DNA of 64,000 nucleotides from the human T2T-CHM13v2.0 reference genome, Homo sapiens: assembly GCF_009914755.1 (NCBI RefSeq), contig NC_060939.1; one strand, given 5' to 3'. The translations under genes were made by a program, and so were the position numbers. Positions 13,601 through 27,305 of this stretch are shown here, piece after piece. Each line of letters starts with the position of its first letter. Position 1 is the first letter of the stretch. The notes below the pieces were generated by a model that was not told the origin of the DNA, made no database searches, and saw only the letters and a list, made by a program, of their open reading frames with translations.

Positions 13601-16122
13601 TGGAGTGGAGTTGAGTGGAGTGGAGTGGAGTGGAGTGGAGTGGAATGGAATGGAATGGAATGCAATGGTGTGGAGTGGGGTGGTGTGGAGTGGAGTGGAC
13701 TGGAATGGAGTGGAGGGGAGTGGAGTGGAGGGGAGTGGAGTGAACTGGAATAGAGTGGAAGGGAATAGAATGGAATGGAATGGAATGGACTGCAATGAAG
13801 TCAAGTGGAGTGGTGTCGACTGGAAGGGAACGGAGGGGAGTTGAGTGGAACGTAGTGCAGTGGAGTGCAATGGGGCGGAATTTAGTGGAATGGAATGGAA
13901 TGGAAGGGAAGAGAATGGAACACAATGAAATGGAATTTTATGGAATGAAATGGAGGTGAATGGAATGGAGTGCAGTGGAAATGGAATGAAGTGGAGTGGA
14001 ATGGAATGGAGTGTATTGGATGGATTGGAATGGAGTGGAGTGGAGTAGAATGTAATGGAAGGGAACAGAGTGGATTGGAGTGGACTGCAATGGAATGGAG
14101 TGGTGTGGAATTGAATGGAATGGAATGGAATTTAGTGGAGTGGAATAGAATGTAATGAAAAGGAATGGAATGGAATGGAGTGGACTGGTGTGCAGTGGAT
14201 TTGTGTGGAGTTGAGTGGAGTGGAGTGTAATGGAGGGAAGTGTAATAGAACGGAATGGAGTGGAATGGAATGCAAAGGAATTGAATGGAACGGATTCGAG
14301 TGGAATGGTGGGGAGTGGAATGGAGAGGAGTAGAATGGATTGGAGTGGAATGGAGTGGAGTGGAATGGAGTGGACTAGAGAATAATGGGGTGGAGCGGAA
14401 TGGAATGGAAAGGAATTGAATGGGGTAGAATGGAATGGAATGCGATGTGGTGGAGTGGAATGGAGTGGAGAGAAGAGGAGTGGAGATTATTGGAATGGAG
14501 TGGAATGGAGTGGAGACAAATGGAGTGGAGTGGAGTGGTTTGCAGTGGAGTGGAGTGGAGTGGATTGCAGTGGAGTGGAGTGGAATGGATTGGTGTGGTG
14601 TGGAGGGGAATAGAATGGAATGGGAAGGAGTGGAGTGCAGTGGAGTGGAGTCAAATGGAATGGAATTTAATGAAATGGAATGGAGAAGATTGCTGTGGAG
14701 TGGAGTGGAATGGATTGGAATGGATTGGAGTAGATTGTTGTGGAGTCCCGTGGAATGGAAAGGAGTGTAATGCAGTGGAATGGAGTGAAATGGAATGGAA
14801 TGGAGTGGAATGGAGTTGACTGGAATGATGTGAAATGGAATGGTATTCAGTGGAGTGGAATGCAATGGACTGGAATGGAATGGAGTGGAACGGAATGGAA
14901 TGGAATGTAATGGAATGGAAAGGAATGGAGTTGAATGGGGTGGAATGAAATGGAATAGAATGGAATGGAATGGAGTGGAGTTGAATGGAATGGAATGGAG
15001 TGGAATGGAGAGGAGTGGAGTGCAATGGAGGGCAATGCAGGGAAATGGAGTTGAAAGGAATGGAATGGTGTGGAGTGCAATGGAATGGAGTAGAGTTGAA
15101 TAGAATGCAGTGGAGAGGGATGGAATGGAGATGCTTGGAATGGAATGGAATGGAAAGGAATGGAATGGAGTTGAGTGGAGTGGAGGGGAAAGAAATGGAA
15201 TGGAATGGAATGGAGTGGAGAGGAGAAGAACATATAATGGATTGGAATGGAATGGAATGGAGTGGAGAGGAGAAGAATATAATAGAATGGAATGGAATGA
15301 AATAGAGTGGAATGGAGTGGAGTAGAGTGGAATGGAATGTAGTGGAATGGAATGGATTGGAAAGGAATGGAATGGAGTGGATTGGAAAGGAGAGAAGTGG
15401 AATGGAGTGAAGTGGATTGGAATGGAGTGCAGTGGAATGTAATGGAATGGAAAGGAGTGGAGTGGAATGGAGTTGTACGGAGGGGAGTTGAATTGAATGG
15501 AGCAGAGTGGAGGAGAATGGAGTGGACTGGAGTAGAGTGGAATACAATGGAATGGAGTGGACTGGAGTGGTGTATAGTGGAGTGGAGTGAAATGGAGAGG
15601 AGTGAAATGGAGTGGATTGGAATGGAGTTGTCTGGAATGGAATGCATTGGAATGGAGTGGAATAGAGTGGAGAGGAGAGGAATGAAATGGACTGGAATGG
15701 AGTGGAATGGAATGGAATGGAGTGGAATGGAATGAAATGGAAAGCAATGGAGGGAAGTGGAGTGGAGTGGCATTGAGTGGAGGGGAATGGATTGGGGTTT
15801 AATGGAATGGAATGGAATGGAATGGAATGGAATGGAGAGAAATTGAATGGAGTGGAATGGAATGGAATGAACTGGAGTGGAATGGAATGGAGTGGAGTGC
15901 AATAAAATGGAAAGGAGTAGAATGGTTTGGAATGGAGTGAAATTGAGTGGATTGTAGTGGAATGGAGTGGACTGGAGTGGAAAGGAATAGACTGGAGTGG
16001 AATGGAATGGAGAGGAATGGAAGCTAATGAAATGGAGAGGACTGGAATGCAATGGAATGGAATGGAACGGAATGGAATGGAATGGAGTGGAATGGAATGG
16101 AATGGAATAGAAGAGAATGGGT
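1626..16122 (+). repeat. Diverged GGAAT/GGAGT pentameric satellite (HSat3-related), no inserts
   Basis: The 5-bp register is kept, but GGAGT is about as common as GGAAT, with many single-base variants (GCAGT, GTAGT, GGATT, GGACT, GAAGT). No CAACCCGAGT motif and no Alu fragments were seen. Confidence 0.9.
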
Positions 16123-16184
16123 GCTGAGATTGTGCCACTGTGCTACAGCCTGTGGGACAGGGGGAGATCCTGTCAAAAAAAAAA
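16123..16184 (+). mobile_element. Leftmost Alu 3'-end fragment, with an A10 tail
   Basis: GCTGAGATTGTGCCACTGTGCTACAGCCTGTGGGACAGGGGGAGATCCTGTC followed by A10 (16175-16184). It aligns to the Alu 3' end GCCGAGATCGCGCCACTGCACTCCAGCCTGGGCGACAGAGCGAGACCCTGTCTCAAAA. Confidence 0.85.
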
Positions 16185-19100
16185 CGGGTTGAATGGAATG
16201 CAGTGGAGTGGAGTGGAGTGGAAAGGAGTGGAGTGGAGAGGAATGGAATGGACTGGAGTGTAATGGAATGAAGTGGAGGGGAATGGAATGCAGTAGAGTG
16301 GAATGGAAAGGAATGGAGTGGAGTGGAATGGAATGGAGTGGAGTGGAATGGAATGGAATAGAATGCAGTGGAATGGAGTGGAATAGAATGCAAAGGACTG
16401 GAGTGGAATGGAAAGGATTGGAGTGGAGCAGAATGGAGTGGAGTAGGGTGGAGAGGAGTGGAATCGAGAGGAGTAAAGTGGAATGGAGTGGAGTGGAGTG
16501 GAGTGCACTGGATTGGAATGGAGTGGATTAGAGTTGAATGGAATGGAATGGAGTATAATGGAGTGGAGTGGAGTGGAGTGGATTGGAGTGGAATGGAGTT
16601 GATTGGATTGGAGTGGAGTGAAGAATGAAATGGAGTGGAATAAAATTTAATGGAATGGAGTGGAGTGGAATGGTTTGGAGTATATTTCAATGGATTGGAG
16701 ATGCAGGGAGTGGAGTACAGTGGAATGGAAAGGAATGGAATTAAGAGGAGTGGAGTGGATTTGATTGGAGTTGAGTGGAGTGGAGTGGAATGCAATATAC
16801 TGGAGTGGAAAGAATGGATTGGAGTGGAATGCAATGGAATTGAGGGAAATGGAGTGGAGTGGATTGAAGAGGACTGGAGTGGAGTGGAATGGAATAGAGT
16901 GGACTTGGGTGGAGTGGAATGGAATGGAATGGAATGGAATGGAATGGAGTGGAGAGGAATGGAATGCAGTGTCATGGAGTGGAGTGGAGTGGAATGGAAT
17001 GGAACGGAATGCAGGGGAGTGGAGTGAAAAGGAATGGAATGGAATGGAGGTGTGGTGTGAAGTGGAATGGACTGGAATGGAATCAGATGTAATGGAATGT
17101 AGAGGAGTGAAGTGGAGTGGAATGGAATGGAATGGAGTGCAGTGGAGTGGAGTGGAGAGGAATGCAGTGGAATGGAGTGGAATGGAGTGCAGTGGAGTGG
17201 AGAGGAGCGGAATGGAGTCGAATGTAATAGGATGTAATAGAGTGGAGCCGAGTGGAATAGTATGGAAATGAATGGAAAGAACCAAACGGAACAGAATGGA
17301 TGCTGAGATTGTGCCACTGTGCTACAGCCTGTGTGACAGACAGAGGTTGTGTCGAAAGAAAGGAGTGAAAGGTGATTCAGTGGAGTCGAGTGGAGTGCAG
17401 TGGAATGGAGTGGAATGGAATGGAATGGAGTGGAATGCAGAGGAGTGTAGTGGAGTTGAGTGGAGTGGAATGGAGTGAAATGGAGTGGAGTGGAATGCAA
17501 TGGAATGGAATGGGGAGTGAAACAGAATGCAATGAAACATAATGGAATGGAATGGAATGGAATGGACTGCTAAGGGTGCTGAGACTGTGCCACTGTGCTA
17601 CAGCCTTTGTAAGAGAGGGAGATCCTCTCAAAAGAAATTAATGGAATGGGATGGAGTTGTTTGCAGTGGAGTGGAATGTAGTTGAGTGGAGTTGAGTGGA
17701 GTGGAATGGAGTGGAGTTGCGTGGAATGGAGTGGAGTGTAGTAGAATGGAATAGAGAGGAGCGGAGTGGAATGGAATGGATTGCAGTGGAATGGACTTGA
17801 GTGGAGTGGAATGGACTGGAGTGGAATGGAATGGAGCAGTCGAGTGGAGTGGAATTTACTGGAGTGGAGTGCAGTGGAATGGAATGGAATGGAATGAAGT
17901 GGAGTTGAGTGGAGTGGAGTGGATTGAAGTGGAAAGGAAAGGAGTGCAATGGAATGCAGTGAAGTGGAGAGGAGTGGAATGAAGTGAAATGGAATCAGAT
18001 GTAATGGAATGTACTGGAATGGAGAGGAGTTCAATGCAATGGACGAAATGGAACACAACGGAATGGAACAAAACGGAACGGAACGGAATGGGTGCTGAGA
18101 TTGTTCCACTGCACTACAGCCTGTGTGACAGAGGGAGATCCTGTTGAAAGAAAGGGGTGGAATGGGATGGCGTGGAGTGGAATTGAGTGGAAAGGAGTGG
18201 AGTGGATTAGGGTGGAATGAAGTGGAGTGGAGTTGAATGGAGTGGGGTAGAGTGGAATGCAATGAAGTGGAGAGGAGTGGAATGGAATGGAGTGGAGTGG
18301 AGTGGAAAAAACAGGAGTGGAGTGGAATGGACTGGAGTGGAATGGAAAGGAATGGTGTGGAATGGAAAGGAATGGAATGCAACAGAGTGGAATGGAATGG
18401 AAAGAAGTTGAGGGTAATGGAGAGGAGTGCAGTGGACTGGAGAGAATTTGAGTGGAATGGAATGAAATGGAGTGGAATGGAATGGAATAGAGTGGAGTTG
18501 AATTAACTTGAATGCAGTTGATTAAACTGGAGTGGAATGAAATGGAAATGAATGGAGTAGAATAGAGTGGAGTGGAGTGGCGTGGAATGGAGTGGAATGA
18601 AATGGAATAGAATTGAATGGAGTTACAGCCTGTGTGACAGAGGGAGATCCTGTTGAAAGAAACGAGTGGAATGGTATGGAGTGGACTGGACGGGATCGGA
18701 GTGAAGTGGAGTGGAATGGAGAGGAATGGAGTTGAGTGGAGTGGAATGGAGTGGAGTGGACTGAAGTGGAATGGAGTGGACTGGAATAGAATGGAGTTCA
18801 ATGACTTGGAACGGAGTGGAGTGGAATCGAATGGAAAGAAGTGGAATGGCATGGAGTGGACTGGATTGGAGTGGAATGAAGTGGAGTGGAATAGAATGGA
18901 CTGGAATTTACTGAAATGGAGCGGAATGGACTGGAGTGGAATGGAATGGAATGGAGTGGAATGGGATGCAACAGAGTGGAGTGGAGTGGAATGGAGTAGA
19001 GTGGAGTGAAGTGGAGTTGAGTGGAATGGAGTGGAGTGGAGTTGAATGGAGTGGAATGGAGTGGAATGAAGTGGAGTGGAGTGGAGTGGAATGGAGTGGA

Positions 19101-22100
19101 GTGGAATGGAGTGCAGCGGAGTGGAAAGGAATGGAGAGGAGTGGAGTTGAGTGCAGTGAAAAGGAGTGGAGTGGAGTGGAGTTGAGTGCAGTGAAACGTA
19201 GTGGAATGGAGTGGAATGGACTGGAGTGGATTGCAATGGACTGGAGTGGAATAGAATGGATTGGAGTGCAATGCAATGGAATGGAGAAAAATGGAGTGGA
19301 GTGGATTGAAGTGGAGTGGAATGGAGTGGAGTGGAATAGAGTGGAATGGAGGGGAGTGAAGTGAAATGGAGTGGAGTGGAATGGAATAGAATGGTTTGGA
19401 GTGGAATGGAATGGAGTGGCGTGGAGTGGAGTCGAGTGGAATGGAATGGAATGGAATGCAGTGGAGTGGAGTGGAGTGAAAAGGAATGGAATGGAATGGA
19501 GGTGTGGACTGAAGTGGAATGGAGTGGAATTGGATTGGATGTAATGGAATGTAGTGGAATGGAGTGGAGTGGAATGGTATGGAACAGAATGGAGTGGAAT
19601 GGAGTGCAGTGAAGTGGAGTGGAGTGGAGTGGAAAGGAATGGAGTGGAATGGAGTTGAATGGAGTGCAGTGGAGTGGAGAGGAGTGGAATGGAGTTGAAT
19701 TGAATTGGAGGTAATGCAACGTAGTGAAGTGGAACGGATTGGAATGGAATGGAACGGAACGGAATGGAATGGAATGGAATCGAACGGAAGAGAATGGGTG
19801 CTGAGATTGTGCCACTGTGCTACAGCCTGTGTTACAGAGGGAGAGCCTGTCGAAAGGAAGGAGTGGAAGGGTATGGAGTGGAGTAGAGTGGAGTGGAGTG
19901 GAATGGAGTGGAATGCAGTGGAATAGAGTTGAGTGGAATGGAATGGAGCAGATCGGAGTGGAATGGAATGGACTGGAGTGGAATGGAATGGATTGGAGTG
20001 GAGTGGAATGGTGTGGAGGGGAGTGGAATGGAATGGAGTAGAGTGGAAAGAATTCGAGTGGAGTGGAATGGACTGGAGTGGACTGGAATGGAATGGGGTG
20101 GAATGGAAGGGAGTGGAGTGGAGTGGAATGGAGTGGAGGGGAGTGGAGTGCAGTGGAGTGGAGTTGAGTGGAATGGAATGTAGTGGAGTGGAATGGAATG
20201 GAATGAAGAAAAGTGGAATTTACTGGAAGGGAGTGGATGGAACTGTAGTGGAATGGATTGGAATGGCGTGGAAAGGAGTGGAATGGAGTGGAATGGAGTG
20301 GAATGGAGTGCAGTGGAGTGCAGTGCAGTGGAGTGCAGTGCAGTGGAATTGAATGGAATGGAATGGAATGGAATGGAATGGAGTGGACCGGAATGGAATG
20401 AAGTGGCGTAGAGAGAAGTAGAGTAGAATTGAATGCAACACAATGGAATGGAACGGAATGGGTTTTGAGATTGTGCCTCTGTGCTACAGCCTGTGTGACA
20501 TAGGGAGAACCTGTCAAAAGAAAGGAGCAGAATTGAATGGAGTGGAGAGAAGTGGAGTGGAGTGGTTTGGAGTGGAATGGAGTGTAATGCAGTGGAAAAG
20601 AGAGAAATGGATTGGAGTGGTATGGAGGGAAGTGAAATGAAGTGGATTGGAGTGGAATGGAGTGTAATGCAGTGGAAAAGAGAGAAATGGATTGGAGTGG
20701 TATGGAGGGGAGTGAAATGAAGTGGAGTGGAGTGGAATGGACTGGACTTTGGTGGAAAGGACGGCAGTGGAGTGGAATGGAATGGAGTGGAGTGGAATGG
20801 AATGGAGTCGAGTGGAATGGAGTGGAGTGGAGTGGAATGGACTGAAATGGAGTAGAATGGACTGGAGTGGAATGGAATGGAATGGAATGGAGTGCAAAGG
20901 AATGAAACAGAGTGGAATGGATAGAAGTGGAATGGAATGGAATGGAATCGAATGGAGGAGTGGAGTGGAGTTTAATTGAGTGGAGTTGGGTGGAGTGCAG
21001 TGAAATGGAATGGAATGGAATGCAATGGAGTGGAGAGGAGTGGAGTGGACTGGAAAGGAATGGAGTGGAATGGAGTGCAGTGGAGTTCAGAGGAGTGGAA
21101 TGGATTGAAATGGAATAGGATGTAATGGAATGTAGTGAACTGGAGTGGAGTGGAGTGGAATGGAATGGAATGCAACAGAACGGAACGTGGGCTGAGATTG
21201 TGCCACTGCATTACAGCCTGTGTGACAGAGGGAGATCGTGTCGAAGGAAAGCAGTGGAATGGGATGGAGTGGAGTGGATTGGAGTGGAGTAGAGTGGAAT
21301 GCAGTGGAGTGGAGTGATATGGATTGGAGAGGAATGGATGGAGTGGAATGGAATGGAGAGGAGTGGAAAGGAATGGAGTGGATTGGAGTGAAATGGAGTT
21401 GAGAGGAGTGGAATGGCCTGGAGTGGAATGGACTGGAATGGAGTGGAATGGAATGGAATGGAATGGAAAGGAATGGAGTCAAGTGGTGTAGAATGGAGTG
21501 GAGTGGAGTGGAGTGGAGTTGAGTACAGTGGAATGGAGTGGAGTGGAATTGAGTGGAGTGGAATTGAATGGAATGGAATGGAGTGGAGTGGAATGGAATT
21601 CAACGGAGTAGAGTGGAATTTACTGGAAAGGAGTGGAATGAACTAGAGTGGATTGGAATGGAATGGAGTGGAATGGAGTGGAGTGGAGAGCAATGGATTG
21701 GAGTGGAGTGGAGGGGAATGGAATGGAAAGGAGTGGAATGGAATGGAGTGGTGAGGAGTGCAGTTGAGTTGAATGGATAGAAATAGAAGGTAATAGAATG
21801 GAATGGAATGGATTGGAATGGAATTGGTGCAGAGATTGTGCAACTGTGCTACAGCCTGTGTGACAGAGGTAAATCATGTCGAAAGAAAGGAGTGTAATGG
21901 GGTGGGTTGGAGTTTAGTGGAGTGGAGTTGAGTGGAATGGAATGGAATGGAATGGAGTGGAGTGGAGTGAAATGGAGTGGAGTGGAGTGGAATGGAGTGG
22001 AGTGGAATGGAGTGGAGTGAAATGGACTGGAGTGGAGTGGAGTGGAATGGAATGGAGCAGAGAAGAGTGGAATGGAATGGAATAGAGTGGAAAGAACTGG

Positions 22101-25100
22101 AGTGGAGTGGAATGAACTGGCGTGGAATGGAAAGGAGTGGAATGGAATGGAATGAAATGGAATGGAATGGAATGGAATGGAATGGAGTGGAACGGAATGG
22201 AATGGATTTGAGGGGAATGGAGAAGAGTGGAGTCGATTGGAGTGGAGTGGAGTGGAGAGGAGTTGAGTAGAATGGATTGGAATAGAGTGGAGTTCAATTT
22301 GCTTGAATTGAGTTGAATGGACAGGAATGGAATGGAGTGGAAAGGAATGGAGTGAAATAGAGGGGATTGGAGTGGGGTGGAGTAGAGTGGAGTGGAATAA
22401 AGTGGAGTAGAATTCAATGGAGCTACAGCCTGTATGACAGAGAGAAATCCTGACGAAAGAAAGGAGTGAAATGGGATGGAGTGGACTGGACTGGAGCGGT
22501 GTGAAGTGGAGTGGAATGGAGTGGAATGGAGTTGAGTAGAGCGGAATGGAGTTGAGTGGAGAATGGAGTGTAGTGAAGTGCAGTGGAGCAGACTGGAATG
22601 GAATGGAGTGCAGTGACATGGAACGGAGTGGAGTGGATTCGAATGGAAAGGAGTGGAATGGGATGGAGTGGACTGGAATGAAGTGGAGTGAAGAGGAGTG
22701 GAATGGATGGGAATGGAATGGAATGGGAATGGAGTGGACTGGAAAGTAATGGAGTGGAATGGAGTGGAGTGGAGTGAAATGGAGTGGAATGGAATGGAAT
22801 GGAGTGGATAGGAATTTACTGGAAAGAAATGGAATTAACTGGAGTGGATTGGAATTGAATGGAGTTGAAGGGAACGGAATGGAGAGGAATGGAGTGGAGT
22901 GGAGTGGAGAGGAATGGAGTGGAGTGGAATGGATTGGGAAGGTTTTACTTGAATGGAGTGGAATGGAATGGAGTGGAATGGAGTGGAGTGGAGTGGAATG
23001 GAGTGGAGTGGAGTGAAGTGGAGTTGAGTGGAATTGAATGGAGTGGATTGAAATGGAGTGGAGTGGAGTGGAATGAAGTGGAGTGGAATGGAGTGGAGTG
23101 GAACAGAGAGGAGTGCAGTGGATAGGAGTGGAGTGGGACAGAGAGGAGTGGAGTGGATAGGAGTGGAGTGGAGGGGAATGGAATGGAATGGAGTGGAGTG
23201 GAACGGAGTAGAGTGGAGTGGAAAGGAATGGAGTGGATTGGAGTGGAGTGGAGTAGAGTGCAGTGAAATGGAATGGAATGGAATGAAATGGAATGGAATG
23301 CAATGGAATGGAATGGAGTGGAGTGCAATGGACGGGAGTGGAATAGAATGGATTGGAATGGGATGCAATAGAATGGAGAGAAATGGAGTGGAGTGGATTG
23401 AAGTGGAGGGGAATGGAGTGTAGTGAAATAGAGTGGAATGGAGTGGAGTGGAGTGGAATGGAGTGGAGAGGAATGGAATGGAACGGAATGGAATGGAATG
23501 GAATGGAACGGAACGGAACGGAACGGAACGGAACGGAATGGAATGGAATGGAGTGGAGTGGAATGGAATGCTATGGAGTGGAATTTCCTGGAAAGGAGTG
23601 GAATTAACTGGAGTGGACTGGAATTGAATGGAGTGGAAGGGAATGGAATGAAGAGGAATGGAGTGGAGTGGAGAGGAATAGAGTGGAGTGGAGTGGAGTG
23701 GAATGGTGGAGTGGAGTGGAATGGAATGGAGTGGAGTGGAATGGAATGGAGTGGCTTGGAGTGGAGTTGAGTTGAATCAAATTTAACTGAATGGAATGGA
23801 ATGGAATGGAATGCAATGGAATGGAATGGGTGCGGAGATTGTGTAACTGCGTTACAGCCTGTGTGACAGAGAGAAATCATGTCCAAAGAAAGGAGTGTAA
23901 TGGGGTGGGATGGAGTTGAGTGGAATGGAATGGAGTGGCGTGGAATGGAGTGGAGTGGAGTGGAATGGAGTGGAGAGGAATGGAGTGGAATGGAATTGAG
24001 TGGAGTGAAATGGAATGGAGCGGAGTGGACTGAAATTGAATGGATCGTTGAGTGGAGTGGAGTGGAATGGGGTGGAGTGGAGTGGAATGGAGTGGAATGG
24101 AATGGAGTGGAGTGAAACGGAATGGAGCAGAGCGGAGTGAAATGGAATGGATCGGAGAGGAGAGGAATTGAATGGAGTGGAGTGGTATGGACTGGAATTG
24201 AGTGGAATGGACTGGAGTGAAATGGAATGGAATGGAGTGGAATGGAATGGAGTGGAAGGGAATGGAGTGGAGTGTGGTGGAATGGAGTGGAGTGGAGTGG
24301 AGTTGAGTGGAATTGAATGGAGTGCAGTGGAATAGAATGGAATGGAGTTAACTGGAATTTTCTGGAATGGAGTGGAATGGACTGGAGTGCAATGGAATGG
24401 TGTGGAATGAAACGGAATGGAGTGTAACGGAGTGTAGTGCAGTACAGTGGAGTGGAATGGAGAGGCCTGGAGTGGAGTGGAGTGGTATGGAATGGAATAG
24501 AACGGGGTCGAGTGGAATGGAATGGAGTGTTGTGGACTGGAGTGGAGTGGAGTGGAATGGAATGGAGTGGTGTGGAGTGGAGTGGAGTACAGTGAAGTGG
24601 AGTGCAATGGAATGGAATGGTATGGAGTACAGTGAAATAGAGTGGAATGGAATGGAGTGGATTGGAATGTAGTGGTGTGCAATGGAACCGAATGGAGTGG
24701 AGTGGAGTAGAATGGAGTGGAGTGGAATGGAATGCAACGGAATGCAGTGGAGTGGAATGGAATGGAGTGGCGTGGAATAGATTTGAGTGAAATTGAAAGG
24801 AATGGAATGGAATGTCATGGAATGGAATGGAATGGGTGTTGAGATTGTGCCATTGTGCTACAGCCTGTGTGACAGAGGGAGATCCTGTATAAAGAAAGGT
24901 GTGGATTTGGATGGAGTGGAGAGGAGTGGAGTGGAGTGGAATGGAGAGGAACGGAGTGGTGTGGAGTGGAATGGAGGGGAGTGGAGTGCAGTGGAGTGGA
25001 ATGGATGGGAGTGGAGTGCAGTGGAGTGGAATGGAGAGGAACGGAGTGGTGTGGATTGGAATGGAGTGGAGTGGAGTGGAGTGGAGTGGAATGGAGTGGA

Positions 25101-27080
25101 GTGGACTGGAGTGGAGTGGAGTGGAATGGAGTGGAGTGGACTGGAGTGGAGTGGAGTGGAATGGAGTTCAGTGGGGTGGGGTGGAGTGGAATGGAGTAGA
25201 AAGGAATGGAGTGGAGTGTGGTGGAGTGGAGTGGAGTGGAGTTTAATGGAATGGATTGGAGTGGAATGGAATAGAATGGAGTGGAGTGGAATGGATTGGA
25301 GTGTTGTGGATTGGAGAGAAGTGGAATGGCATGGAGTGGAATGGAATGGCATGGAGTGGAGTAGAGAGGAGTGGAGAGGACTAAAGTGGAGTGGAATGGA
25401 ATGGAGTGGAATGAAATGGAATGTAGTGCAGTGCAGTGGAGAGTAGTGGAATGGACAGGAATGGAATCTTATGTAATGGAATGTAGTGGAGTGGAGTGGA
25501 ATGGAGTGGAGTGGAGTGTGGTGGAACAGAATGGAACGGAATAGAGTGCAACGGAATGGAACAGAACGGGTGCTGAGATTGTGCCACTGCGCTACAGCCT
25601 GTGTGACGGAGGGAGATCCTGTCGAATAAAAGGAGTGGAATGGGATGGAGTGGAGTGCAGTGGAGTGGTATGGAGTGGAGTGGAGTGGAATGGAATAGAA
25701 TGGAATGAAATGCATGCTGAGATTGTGCCACTGCACAACACCCTGTTTGACAGAAGGAGACCCTGTCGAAAGAAAGGACTGGAATGGGTTGGAGTGCAGT
25801 GTAGTGTAGTGGAGTGTAGTGGAATGGAGTGGAGTGGAGTGGAATGGAGTGGAGTGGAGTGGAATGGAGTGGAATTCAGTGGAGTGGATTGTAATGGAGT
25901 GGAGTGGAGTGGAATCGAGTGGAGAAGAGTCGAATGGAATGGAGTGCAGTGAAATGGAAAGAACGGGACTGTAGTGGAATGGAGTGGAGTGGAGTTGAAT
26001 GGAATGGAATGGACTGGAGTGGAATGGAATGGAATGGTGCGTAATGGAATGGACTGGAATGCAGTTGAATGGAATGGAGTGGAGTGGAACAAAATGGAAT
26101 GGAAGGAACCAGAATGAAACGGAACAAAATGTGTGCTGAGATTGTGTCACTGTGCTACAGCCTGTGTGACAGAGGGAGGTCCTGTCGAAAGAAAGGAGTG
26201 AAATGGAATGGAATGGGGTGGAGTGGAGTGGAGTGGACCAGAACGGAGTGGAGTGTAGTGGAGTGGAATGCAGTGGAGTGGAGTGGAATGGAGTGGAGAG
26301 GAGTGGATGGAGTGGAGTGGAGTGGAATGGAGTGGAATCGATTGGAATGGACTTGAGTGGAATGGAATGGACTGGAGTGGAATGGAATGGAATGGAGTGG
26401 AATGGAATGGAGTGAAGTGGAGTGGAATGGATTGCAGTGGAGTGGAGTGGAGAGGAATTGTGTGTAACGGAACAGGGTGGAGTGGAATGGAATGGAATGG
26501 AGTGGAGTGGAATTTACTGGAGTAGAGTGGTATGGACTAGAGTGGAATGGAATGGAATGGAGTGGAACGGAATGGAATGAGTGGAGTGGAGTGGAATGTC
26601 GTGGAGTGGAGTAGAATGGAGTGGAGTGGAATGGAATGCAACGGAATGAAGTTGAGTGGAATGGAATGGAGTGGTGTGGAGTAGACTTGAGTGAAACGGA
26701 AAGGAATGGAGTAGAATGCAATGGAATGGAAAGGAATAGGTGTTGAGATTGTGCCATTGCTCTACAGCCTGTGTGACAGAGGGAGAACCTGTCGAGCGAA
26801 AGGAGTGGAATGGGATGGAGTGGAGTGAAGTGGAGTGTAGTGGAGTGGAATGGAGAGGAACAGAGTGGTGTGGAGGGGAATGAAGTGGAGTGGAGTGGAA
26901 TGGAGTGCAGTGGAGTGGGGTGGAGTGGAATTGAGTAGAAAGGAATGGAGTGGAGTGTGGTGGAATGGAGTGGAGTGGAGTTTAATGAAATGGATTGGAA
27001 TGGAATGGAATGGAATGGAGTGGAGTGGAGTGGAGTGGAATGGATTGGAGTAGAGTGGAGTGGAGAGCAGTGGAATGGAG

Positions 27081-27305
27081 TGGAATGGAATGGAATGGAA
27101 TGTAGTGGAATGGAATGGAATGGAATGGAATGTAGTGGAATGGAATGGAATGTAGTGGAATGGAATGGAATGGAATGGAATGTAGTGGAATGGAATGGAA
27201 TGGAATGGAATGTAGTGGAATGGAATGGAATGGAATGGAATGTAGTGGAATGGAATGGAATGGAATGGAATGTAGTGGAATGGAATGGAATGGAATGGAA
27301 TGTAG
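27081..27305 (+). repeat. Perfect 30-bp minisatellite [TGTAG(TGGAA)5]n inside the diverged satellite
   Basis: TGTAG at 27101, 27131, 27151, 27181, 27211, 27241, 27271 and 27301, separated only by perfect TGGAA units (one 20-bp unit). Confidence 0.9.
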
